Shown here in pieces: positions 37,421-48,464 of a DNA stretch of 64,000 bases. The notes beneath the pieces were generated by a model, which had not been told where the DNA came from, did no database searches, and was given only the letters and a program-made list of their open reading frames with translations. Position 1 is the first letter of the stretch. Every line of letters begins with the position of its first letter. A program made the translations under genes and the position numbers. The DNA comes from Lama glama (Eukaryota), in the NCBI GenBank assembly GCA_028534125.1, contig CM052817.1, positions 109,184,001-109,248,000 of the forward strand, in the 5' to 3' direction.

Positions 37421-39169
37421 AGAGAGAGAAAAAAGACTAATATCATAGAAGGCCCTGGAACACAATGCATTCCTTTTATAATAGTACCTTTATCTGGTTA
37501 AGGTTGCTTCCGAAAAATCAACAGACTCACCTAAGAACGCCTTTGGGGCCCTCTCATTGATGAGGTGCTGCTCCCTCCAGGGAGGAGTTGCCTTCCCAGG
37601 TAACGGCAGAGCTGGGATCTCTGGACACGCAGTCCAGTGATGTTCTTTACATCCTCCCACGGCGGACACGAACGTGGGTTCTAGAAAAGTTGTGCCAACT
37701 AAGATCTAACCAGCCCTATTCAAGAACCTGCCACGTGGTTCTTAAAAGTGTGCTAAGCTGAGCTGCATTAACAGGCTAACGTGACCTCGTGCTCTGAGCA
37801 AGGAGTGATCCAGAAGCGTCTGGAACTTCACAGAGGTGCACGCGGCTTCCCTTCCTGGCCTGTGCGTAAGGCCCGCCGAGTGCTGCGTGCAGACCGCCCC
37901 GTCGTGCCACAGCTGCAGAGCTCCGGGCACGGGTGGGCATCAGGGCTTCTTCTAAGAGTAGCATTTCCCGTGCGGGAGAGTTCGTGCCGCCCCCACATGC
38001 AGAGATAAGAGATGGCTTTGCCTGTGGGGAAAGAAAATAGCTTTATTTTCCAAACTGACACCTATAAAACGTTAAGGCATGTAAAGTGAGTCAAATAAGT
38101 AACGCAGGCCGACACAAGCAAGCGTGCCTTGAAGTATCTGAGAATGATTTCCATGGCTCTCCAAGGAGGCACAGCAAATTGTCTTTATGAAGAACAAAGA
38201 AAACAGCGTTCAAAATAGAGACACTGTGAAAGGGTAAGCGATAACCTTATATTCACTGAATTCTGGAAGATTCATATATTTCCCCCTTAACTAATTTTTT
38301 TTTTAAACAGTCCCGGAAGTCTAAGAAAAAGAGACTCAGCTTCTCACTAATGAATCAATCATCAACCACTTAACATCTGTTTATTTATTTTTAATAAGCA
38401 TTTCACATATTCCACCATTTATGAGGATGTCAGAGAAAACCTTTAGGGACTGAAAAGGTTTTGTTGCAGAATTATCTTTCTGACAAGTAGAACCTAAGAG
38501 GATAAAGCGGCTCCGGGTCTGCTTCAAGCAATTATGCAACAATACCCACTGTCACACGCGGGTGCAGAGAGGAGCAGAGGGAGGCACGCTCTTGGATGGT
38601 TAAAAGAAAAGACAGTGACAGTAAAATAAAAGCCTCACCTCACATCCTGAGTCACAATGAGCCACACCTGCAGCGATGACAAGCTTTTGACATGAAAAAG
38701 AAATGGAAGTAATTTTCTTTTGACAGTCATGAAATTCCTCTTAAGACAGCTTCATGGAGATGGCAAGGAAGACTCAGAAGTCACAGGTTTGGAAATCCCA
38801 AGGTCAAGAGCCAGCAGAAGTTCAGTTAATGAAACCGTGAAATGCCACTTGGACCCAGGTTGATGGAAATGAAATCAACTGACTGCATCCAGGTCCGGAG
38901 GGCAGAGCGCAGGGCGGGGCAGGCAAGCCCGCCAGGCACCCAAGGCTTCCCAGCAGAGCCCGCTCTCCTCCCAGCACAGCCCGCTCTCCGCAAGACTCAC
39001 AGTGTAACTTTGTGGAAAATGTGTTAACAAAGCTTTCATTTCTCTCACAGGTAATTTCAGTATGTACAATTCAACAGAAAGAATATACTCAGAGCAAACA
39101 AAAGTGTATATGATTTTACCATTAACAATGGAACGCTTCCCTTAATAATAATTTTCTGTGACACAAGCA

Positions 39170-39855
39170 TGAGCTTCTGTCTCGTCCTGTCCCGTACACA
39201 CCTGTCAGAATGCCTGTTGATTCCAGGATCATCACACATCCAGCCACCTCTGACCACCCCCGCTGTGACAGCCTCCTTGGAGCCCCCAGAATCTCATCTG
39301 GATAATCCCCTCCCAACTGGTCTCTGCTTTGCCCTCCATCTTCCTAACATGCCCCCTCAACACAGCAGATAGGCTGATCCTCTGATCCTTTTAAAATCTG
39401 AAATGCATTTTTAAAAAAGCAGGGCGTTACATCATGTGACTCGGGGTCTTAAACAGGGCTCTTCACTGGGAGAGAGCTGGAGTCCTGGGTGAGCTGCCCT
39501 CTGTCCTGCCTCACACAGCCTCCTTCCACGCACTCTGGCCTTTGCCCTGGCTGTTCCCTCTGCTTGGAATGCTCTTCCAGGGCTAAATCTCTAACCTGCT
39601 TCAAGTGTTAAATGTCGCTTTCTCGATGAGACCTACTCCCCCCACTCCAACTCCCCCTTACCCAGCTCTGTTGTAGTCTTATAACACATCGCCAACCACT
39701 CCACTGAACTATTTATTACAGTTACTGTGAATTTCCGGTCTCCCTGCCATTATATAAGCTTTATGAGGGATGGGGTCTTGCTCACTCTTATTCTGGGCAT
39801 GTAGAACAATCTGGCACACAGTTATTACTCAAAAACATTTGTTGAGTGAATGGGT
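39170..39855 (+). mobile_element. L2 3' end
   Basis: ctttgccctggctgttccctctgcttggaatgctcttcc...atataagctttatgaggga...ctggcacacag...ctcaaaaacatttgttgagtgaatg. Confidence 0.85.
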
Positions 39856-40058
39856 TATAGGCCACAGCATAAAAGGTCAAATCAGTTGCAGGGCTGGGAG
39901 AATATTTACTTTTAAAAGAACTGACGTAGGAAAATAGGGCTACATCGTAATGCTATATTGAATCATTTGAACATTCAGACTAGTGATGAGAAACAATGTC
40001 AACAGCATTTCACATTGATCCCACAAATTAGGATGTGATTAAGACATTTCATATTTCC

Positions 40059-40275
40059 CACACTACTATGTACAAAGTAGATAAACAGCAAGGACCTACT
40101 GTACAGCACAGGGAGGTATATTCAATATCCCGTAATAACATATAATGGAAAAGAACCTGAAAATATATGTATATATGTATGCACATGCATAAGTGGATTG
40201 CTTTTGCTGTACACCTGAAACTAACATTATAAATCAACTACACTTCAATAAAAAATAAAATTTTAAAAATTAAAA
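40059..40275 (+). mobile_element. Cetartiodactyl/camelid L1 3' end
   Basis: gataaacagcaaggacctactgtacagcacaggga...tacacctgaaactaacattataaatcaactacacttcaataaaaa. Confidence 0.9.
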
Positions 40276-40669
40276 TTCATTTAATTAATGGGATAGTTTG
40301 ATATACATAATTTTAAAGTTCACTATAAGATCTGCTGCCAGATCTTTCCAGACCTTTCTATTGTAAAAGAAAAGTTGGAGGGGGCAGGGGCTATACAGGA
40401 AGTCTCTGTACTAATACTTTTCTGTGAAGCAAAACCTGCTCTAAATAATAAAGTCTATTTTTAAAAAGTTGGGAAAAAAAGTCATGTTAGGAAATAAGAA
40501 ATCATGGACATGAGTTAAAATGATCCATCTGCGTAGAATGGTTTCTTACTTATCTATTTAAATAAAATGAGGATAATAAATAGCATTTGGACAGCAGTTA
40601 TGCTTTGTCAAGGGCTCGTCTCTCATCCTGCGAGCTCTTGTCCCTCGTAGTGCCATGAGTTTGTAGGAC

Positions 40670-40860
40670 GGCTGTCTGCCAGGTGTACTATATACACTTT
40701 CTCTAATCCCGAACAAACCAGAGGCTACTGTTAGGATCCCCATTCCACAGACAAGGAAATTGAGGCTCAGGGAATACTGGGAGCCTTCCCGAGCTAACTC
40801 AGTTAATTTAAGACTCTGCTCACCTGGCATCTTCCCCGACGAGGCTGAAGCCCAGTGGAT
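40670..40860 (-). mobile_element. MIR
   Basis: tgccaggtgtact...ccccattccacagacaaggaaattgaggctcag. Confidence 0.7.
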
Positions 40861-41689
40861 GATTCTATGCCCTGTGTCCAGGGTGCCCAGTCCCTGGGAC
40901 AGCAGGCATCTGACGCCTTTGGGACTATTCCCATTGCTTTATTCTTGCCCTCCCTACTCCTAGAAGAGGTATCTTTGATTCTTTTTTGTTTCTGCCCTGT
41001 CTGAAGCAGTTTGGGGATACTAATTTCACACATCAAAAACCGTTTTGCTGATACTTTGTCAATATCTTCTGTTGTTTTTATGTTACGTGATATGGTTATT
41101 TTATTTGCATTTAGTAACTTCACACTGGAAAGGAAACATGAGTCCCAAGATTGTGGCAAATCTAGTTCGATGAATTCTGCCAACTTCAGAGGCATTTAAA
41201 ATAAGATTTTTTCAAATCTATTTGAATGAATTGACAACATGATCTTGGCATTCTTTTAGTGTTTGTGGGATATTTTCCCCCAAACATACAAAGCTCATAT
41301 CTAACAAGGTTGTATCAACATTCACCAGAGCACTTGGGCTTCACAGTGATAAAAATGGAGCAAACGAAGCCTGTAAAATAACTGTATGTTTTCTATTGGT
41401 TTTAAAAAAGTTATTCCTAAGAAAACATTAGGCTGCAAATAGAACAAATAATTAGTTTTTGTGGAACCTAGAGCAATGTTCATGTGACTATCACTGTATA
41501 AAACTTGTGGCACAATTAGAAGAGTCAGAAGGTTGCTGCATTTTCATAAACTAACACATCCAGACAAGGAAACATGAAGAACAGAACTCCAAAAGACGTC
41601 CTTGCGTTCCCCGCCTTTCACCCTCTACACACACAGCTCCCATCCGCAAGGGTCCCCATCGTGCTTGGTGAAATCCTTGACTCTTCATG

Positions 41690-41865
41690 TTTTGTTTTAT
41701 TATTTGTTCCAGTTTTATGGCGGTATGATTGGCAAGTGAAAATCACATATATTTAGGTTTCACAATGGATTTTTAGGTGGATATGGTGATGATGTAAGTG
41801 CGTACGCAGCATCAAATAATTACAACAGTCAAGTTAATTGAAGCATCCATCACGTGACATAGTAA

Positions 41866-41905
<40 letters not shown>

Positions 41906-42215
41906 TGTGTTTGCTGAGAGTATTTAAGATCTGCTCTCCTAAGAAATTGCAAGCAAACAACACAGTATTGTTTACTCTAGTCACCATGCTGTTCCTGGCT
42001 CAGAAATTATTCATCTTATAACTGTAAGTCTGCACCATGGGACTAACAGTTTCCCATTCCCCACCCCCAGCCCTTGGCAAGCACCGTCTACTATCTGGCT
42101 CTATGAGTTTGACGTATCAGTGAGATCACACGGCATCGGCCCTTCTGGCTCTGGCTTGTTTCACTCAGCAGAACATTTTCCAGGTTCATCTGTGTTGTTG
42201 CAAACGGAGTCTTCA
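41690..42215 (-). mobile_element. L1MA-type 3' end
   Basis: ggtatgattggcaagt...cacagtattgtttactctagtcaccatgctgt...gtgagatcacacggcat...tccaggttcatctgtgttgttgcaaacgg. Confidence 0.85.
41869..41911. repeat. (GT)n microsatellite inside the L1
   Basis: About 17 perfect GT units followed by an interrupted tail. Confidence 0.95.
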
Positions 42216-43351
42216 TTTCTTCACGGCACTTCTAAACATTTGGAGAGAAAGTCATCCTGAAGCAGCTGTGGAGGCTGCCACTGTACAGATGGAAGGAGAG
42301 AAGTTGTCAAGCTGGGACGCCGTGAGCTGTTGTGAAAGCAGGGTGGAGCCATGCACCTCTGTCCCCTCGTTTTCTCACCCTAATGAGTGGGATTCAAGTC
42401 CAAAGTTGACGTCTTCATGGTCGTCTGGGTTTTCTGAAGTGTGTATGTCACTGAGAAAAGGGGGAGGGAGGATCTAAAGAACTCTCTGTTTACAGTCTCA
42501 TAAATAAACCAAAGTGGAATTATTTCAACATGTAAACATGGTGCTAATCTAAAAAACCCTTTATGAGAGGATCTTGAGTCAGCCAAGAATATAATAGTAA
42601 ATATTCAGTGCTCATTTTTTGATATTAAATGCCTTATCAACAACCGTCTTGTAATTTTATTTTTATATCTCATGAGCCGACCTTTTTCATATTGAATAAT
42701 TTTTTAAATGTCCATGAGAGATGAATATTTTGTTCAAGGAGGGGCATAGTAGTGTATATGGCTGGGGATGGAGTTTTCTTAAAGGCAAATCACGCTGGCA
42801 AAGTCGTGATCTTGAAGCCAATCTGCTTAGTGTCACAAAGAGGAATCCATAAGTAGCAACATCTGTTGACCTATCACACTGAAAGTGCAAGTATCCCCAC
42901 CATGTGAATTACAGCCCGTTCTTCTTGCTGCCAAAACCTCAGTTGCTTTGTCCAAGAGCAAATCAGGAAAAAAATATTTATTTTGTGTCGTTTTATTTTT
43001 ATAAATATAAAATAAAATTACATTAATGAGAGAACTTTATAAAGTAGACAAACAAAAACATGGAAAAATCATCCACAATTCTGCCATTCACAAATAACTC
43101 TTAAAATGCTACTCAGTATGATTCATCTATTTTTTTCTTGCACATATACATACCCGTATTCATTAATAAGATAAGATAATATTATATATACTGTTTCGTA
43201 TTCTGATTTTGGCATTTACTGCTGCATTTTAAACATATGGTCACATCATTAATTACTTACACAGTGCATTTTATTTCCAAGATGTATCTCACTAAACACA
43301 CTAGTGAAACAGACTCACAAGTATTTCATCTGTTTTGTGTACATAAATATA

Positions 43352-43396
43352 GACACACGTACACACATAAAACACACACACACACACACACACACA
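43352..43396. repeat. (CA)n microsatellite (imperfect 5' part)
   Basis: acacgtacacacataaaacacacacacacacacacacacaca. Confidence 0.9.
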
Positions 43397-43587
43397 GCTG
43401 GCCCCACCTTACAATGGTTGACACCTACACTGTTACACTGTAGACGCCCTGGCACAAGGTTGTCGTGAGGGTCTGGGTGGGATACATGATTTTTTTTAAA
43501 ATGTCATTTAAACATAAACCAGGAAAGCACATCAAAGACTCTTGCCATGGCAGTGTTGTCAGACTTCACAGTGGTCTTGGAAGTTTT

Positions 43588-43972
43588 TTGACAATTTATT
43601 TTTAAACTTTTTAAATTAAAGTATAGTCAATTTGCAATGTTGTGTCCATTTCTGGTGCACAGCATTATGTCTCAGTCATACATAGACACACATACATTCC
43701 TTTTCGTATTCTATTTCATTATGGGTTATTACAGGATATTGAATAGAGTTCCTTGTGCTCTATAGAAGAAATTTGATTTTTTATCTATTTTATGTATAGT
43801 AGTTAATATTAACAATTCTCAAAATCCCAGTGTATCCTGTTCCATCCCCTTCCCCCTGGTAACCATAAGTTTGTTCTCTATGTGAGTCTGTTTCCATTTT
43901 GTAAATAAGTTCATCGGTGTCTTCTTTTTTCTTTCTTTCCTTTTTTTTAGACTCCACATATGAGTGATATCA
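43588..43972 (-). mobile_element. Camelid L1 3' end with TSD
   Basis: aattaaagtatagtcaatttgcaatg...ccccctggtaaccataagtttg...ttagactccacatatgagtgatatca. TSD tcttggaagtttt (43575-43587) / tcttgtaagtttt (43973-43985). Confidence 0.92.
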
Positions 43973-44979
43973 TCTTGTAAGTTTTAAAATTTAAATATGC
44001 ACATAAACTTAAGTGGAAGTACTCAGAGAGAGGAAAAGTGGGAGAAAGGGGTGGAAATCAATTTATTAATTTCCTAAGAAAATTGGAATAATTGTTTTGA
44101 CTTAAGAGGCCTTCATTTTAATTGGAGAAATAAAGACATAAGCTCAGACACTGTACACCCACATGTGGTAGTTCATGTAACATGCAAACGCCAGTACAGA
44201 AACGCATACACCACACACTTTATAAATGCAACAGAAAATAACACACAGTAAAGAAGACATTGAGAACCTGGCCTCAGTCATGAAAATGAACAGCTCTCCT
44301 TAGAATGTCCATCCCCTGTAATTTCTCAGAAACTCCTGCAACGTTCTGCTTAGCTGTCATTGCCTTCGGAACATCGGTGGCAGTTTGTCGAACTGGGAGC
44401 TAGACAGGATTAAGGAAAGCTGTTTTTCTCTGCTGTCTGGTGATCTGAGTCATCTGTGGATCCCTACCGGTGGCTGCCCCATTGTGGTTAATGTTCCTAA
44501 TTCCACAATGAGGACCCATGTCGGGACCCCGTGCACACGTGGATGAGCTGGAGACCAGACAGCACACTGGGGGCCCGGTTGCACTTGGTCACAGTGACAG
44601 TGTGAGGAAGTGGTAAGTTCCAGCGCTCAGAATCATTAACGCAAGATGACAATGTGCCCCACCCTCAAAAGCAAAAAGGATGCTCTTCCCTTTTCTCTAT
44701 GGTCCACAGATAGCTCCCCACCTGTTGGCGTGGGTTTCATCGGCTCTTTAATGTCCCATTCCTGGGGTGTGAATGCCGGCGGGGCCCTCACGTGCCTGAC
44801 CTCAGCCTGTGCTGTGCCTGTACTCAGTCCCCTCTGGGGCCGGGCGGGGCAGCAGCAGGTGGCCGGACAGGGTGGCCCAAGACCCTTCTGGGTGAGTGGG
44901 AAGGCAGCATCGTGGGAGCCAGTCAGTGGTGGGATTCTGTGTGAGCTGAGGAGTTAAGCCCCTGACCCCATCAAGTTGT

Positions 44980-45284
44980 CACTTACAAACACAAATTCAA
45001 AACTAACTCTCTAAGAATTTCAAGGAGGCAACAGTAGGGCGTTAAATCCCAAGGCAGGTGGATGGCAAGGTAGAGCTCAGTGGCTGAGGCTGTGCTTAGC
45101 ATGCATGAGGTCCTGGGTTCAATCACCAGTACCTCCATTAAATAAACAAGCCTAATTGCCTGTCTCCCAAATAAATTGTACTAAACTAAATGTTCTGATT
45201 TTTTTTAATCCCAAGAGAGGGCCTAATTCCAAGTGTGGGGCCCGGTGTTCCACTCCAGCCCCTCGCCCCGTGATGCTGGCCCTG
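44980..45284. mobile_element. MER91-like hAT-Tip100 element interrupted by a SINE
   Basis: aagaatttcaaggaggcaacagtagggcgttaaatcccaag [SINE] ...gtgtggggcccggtg...cgtgatgctggccctg matches the remembered MER91 reverse complement. Confidence 0.6.
45054..45206 (+). mobile_element. tRNA-derived SINE, camelid Vic-1 type
   Basis: tagagctcagtgg...gtgcttagcatgcatgaggtcctgggttcaatcaccagtacctccattaaataaac. TSD aatcccaag (45045-45053 / 45207-45215). Confidence 0.92.
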
Positions 45285-46592
45285 TGACTGCAGTTGCCCC
45301 GTGGATATGATACACCCAGAGCCTCTGTAGGGGAGGCCCTAGACGTTGATGCCATCCTGCAGCGTGGCGGTGTCCCGCCCTTGGTTACTCTGCAGCAGCT
45401 GCTAGACATAGAGTACACGCTCCCCACCCCCACCCCCCACAGGACCTCTGCAGGTTGGGAGCATCCAGCTCCCCACTCCTGAGCTCCTTGTCTGCAGCTG
45501 GAGGAGATGGAGTTTGTCCCCAATCCCAGGCATCCAGCACCCCCCACTCTGCCCCTTTCCCAGCTGCTCTTTTGAACTGCTCTCCATCACAGAGCGAAAT
45601 AAAGTTCAGAGGCCTGCTGGCTCCCGAGAGAGTAACTGTGCCTGAGATTCCCAGGCTGGCAGGGACACACCCGCCTCTACCGCGCACTGTGGGGGTGACA
45701 GAGAGCAAACGGTACCTACTTCTTCAGCAAGCAGTCCCGCCGAGCCCAGTGAGCCCCATTTCTCAGAGAGAGAGTCTCATCATCAAGGCCACCTACCTAC
45801 CTGGTACCCTTTCCCTGGGGAGGGGCTTGAATTCATGACTCGCTCCAAGAGTCGCATCCCGAAGCAGCGGCAGAGGCAGGCGCGGAAGCGCAGTGCAGGC
45901 AGGTGGACGGGCTGCTTTGTTTGGGTGCATTTACTCTGCAAGCCCCGTCTCCCAGGTGGTGGGCTGTAAGTGCTGGGTTGACCCCTGATAGCTGGGTTTC
46001 AGGGGACAGAGGGAAGCAGGCACCTGAGAATTCTGCTGCTCAGGGCCACTGAGACCATCCAGCTAGGAAAGGCCAACTGAGAGCAGGGGCAGACGCTGGA
46101 GCTGAGATTCTGGCCAAGGTTCCAGAAGGACAGCCTGAGAAGTCCTGCCCACAGCAGGGGCTTGGAAACTGTTTATCTCATTAAGAGAGTCTTCACCAAC
46201 ATGCACTGCTATGCCAACACTCCATCATAGCCGGCCACTCCCCTCCTTTTCAAAACACTGAGTCACCTCATGAAGATTTTTGGTAACGGTATTCCAAGTT
46301 TGCACCTTAAGGCTTCAAGCACAACATCATTTTTGACCTTGGTGTCCAGGCAGAGACAGATCTGAGGGGTCTGACTGTCACAATGCCCCTTTGGGACACT
46401 GTCTTTGATTACTTTCCACAGTAGAACATTACTTCACTATTCACGATACTTACACGTAAAGGATACATTTTATTTCCCGCACAGCATTGTCCCCAACTCA
46501 TGTCGACAGCATACACCCTTCATCAACAAGATGCTCACCTTCGGTAGATCATCAAGCCCCTGGTAGTAAAATGCAGCCTGGCATCTTTATCC

Positions 46593-47092
46593 NNNNNNNN
46601 NNNNNNNNNNNNNNNNNNNNNNNNNNNNNNNNNNNNNNNNNNNNNNNNNNNNNNNNNNNNNNNNNNNNNNNNNNNNNNNNNNNNNNNNNNNNNNNNNNNN
46701 NNNNNNNNNNNNNNNNNNNNNNNNNNNNNNNNNNNNNNNNNNNNNNNNNNNNNNNNNNNNNNNNNNNNNNNNNNNNNNNNNNNNNNNNNNNNNNNNNNNN
46801 NNNNNNNNNNNNNNNNNNNNNNNNNNNNNNNNNNNNNNNNNNNNNNNNNNNNNNNNNNNNNNNNNNNNNNNNNNNNNNNNNNNNNNNNNNNNNNNNNNNN
46901 NNNNNNNNNNNNNNNNNNNNNNNNNNNNNNNNNNNNNNNNNNNNNNNNNNNNNNNNNNNNNNNNNNNNNNNNNNNNNNNNNNNNNNNNNNNNNNNNNNNN
47001 NNNNNNNNNNNNNNNNNNNNNNNNNNNNNNNNNNNNNNNNNNNNNNNNNNNNNNNNNNNNNNNNNNNNNNNNNNNNNNNNNNNNNNNNNNNN
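46593..47092. other. Assembly gap (500 N)
   Basis: Run of exactly 500 N, a placeholder size typical of scaffolding joins. Confidence 0.99.
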
Positions 47093-47217
47093 GTGTCTCC
47101 CAGTCATGCTTCAGCTGGAGTCCTAAGTAAAGCCAGGAGAACCTTCTAAATGGGATCTGAAATCACTGGTACCATCACTCAAACAGTGCATCTTCTCCTG
47201 GGAGAGGAGGGGTCAAA

Positions 47218-47562
47218 TATATTAGATTGACTTGTGCCCCCCCATTCATATGTGGGAGACCTAATCCCCAAGACCTCAGACTGTGACCTGATTTGGAACC
47301 AGAGTTGCTGCAGAGGTAATTAGCTTAGATAAGGTTACAGTGGAGCAGGCAGGGGCCCAAATTCCCTAGGGATGGAGGAATGGTGTCCTTGTACAGAGCA
47401 GGGTGTGAACACAGACACACACCAGGTGGGGGTGAAGGCAGGGACTGGGCGGTGTGGCAGCAGGGACTGAAGACCAAAGATTGTCAAGGAACCACCAGGA
47501 GCTGGGAGAGGGGCCGAGGGCAGGGGCTTCCTCAGAGCCTTCAGAAGGAGCCAGACCTGCAG
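47218..47562 (+). mobile_element. MLT1B/C-type MaLR LTR, 3'-truncated
   Basis: ttcatatgtgggagacctaatcccc...gacctgatttggaa...tgcagaggtaattag...accaccaggagctggg...cctcagagccttcagaaggagcc. Confidence 0.85.
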
Positions 47563-47945
47563 GTGAACACACGTGGGTGAAAAAATGATCTAAGGCAGCC
47601 GGCCTGGCACGCGGCGGCGGAACGGTCTGTCAGCCAAGCGTGAGCTCATGGCAGTGGGTGTGTCCTCACAAATTACTAAGCACACGAAGATGTTCTCCTG
47701 TTAATGCTAACTCCTAAAAGTAGAAGCCGATTTGGGTTAGGTGTGTATTATTTGTAATGCACGTGTCACCCCGAAGCTCTGCCCACGTCCCTGCTGTGTC
47801 TCTCAGACAGTCCGCCCCAGCCCTGTGCCATTATGGTCGTCTCTGTCCGTTGCTGTTTGAGTTTCCATCAGCCTGACATGACCAAGCTCCACCTTCAGGT
47901 TAAGAAGCTGGATTTATCTTCAAAGCTCTTCAAGTAAAGTGGTTT

Positions 47946-48464
47946 TGTAATAGAAGAGAACAAATCTGACTCTGTCTTGGATCTATTCCTGTGGCTTTAA
48001 CCCTGTGCCTTGTTTTCCAGGCTCAGTCTTGCCAGCGCTGCACCTTTTGGGAAACAATGTTGCCTTTAGCATGAAATAAACAGGAGAGCCTATTCTCAAA
48101 ACTCTGACCTTTAAGGATATTAACACTTTGCTCTCCTATAGAGATAACAAGTTGCAGAATAGGGAATAACTGTTGTTTTGTTGGAGGTTTACAGGGACAC
48201 CGTGGCCTGGCCCACATGGAGGGCTGCAAGAACAAAGAATGCCTGCAGCAAGAAGTTTGCACAACCAACCACACCCCTTCCCCTTTTTAGAATTAAAGGA
48301 GCCTGAATTCTGACTTGAATTGGATGGTTCTCCAAGACATCAGTCTGCCAGCCTCTCGGTCTGCCTGCTTTCTGAATGAAGTCACCATCCCTTGCCCCAG
48401 CACCTCGTCTCCCGGTTTACTGGCCCGTGGAGGGGCGAGCAGGACGAGCTTGGACTTGGCAACA
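47946..48464 (+). mobile_element. ERV1-like solo LTR
   Basis: tgtaatag...ttggcaaca termini. Full-length inverted homologue of 4917-5438. Poly(A) signal decayed to AATGAA. Confidence 0.9.

Noticed and set aside
44848..44866. CTCF-like sequence gcagcaggtggccgg (similar one at about 20155)
   Set aside because: Mismatches at informative positions, and cannot be distinguished from background without scoring.
45054..45140. tRNA-like A and B boxes (also at 3217 and 21540)
   Set aside because: A-rich tails and TSDs show these are SINEs, not tRNA genes.
46487..47149. Longest ORFs in the track (220 aa and 190 aa)
   Set aside because: Artefacts of translating the 500-N gap.
4917..48464. Possible provirus bounded by two homologous LTRs
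   Set aside because: LTRs are inverted, 43 kb apart, have different flanks, and no gag/pol/env sequence lies between them.
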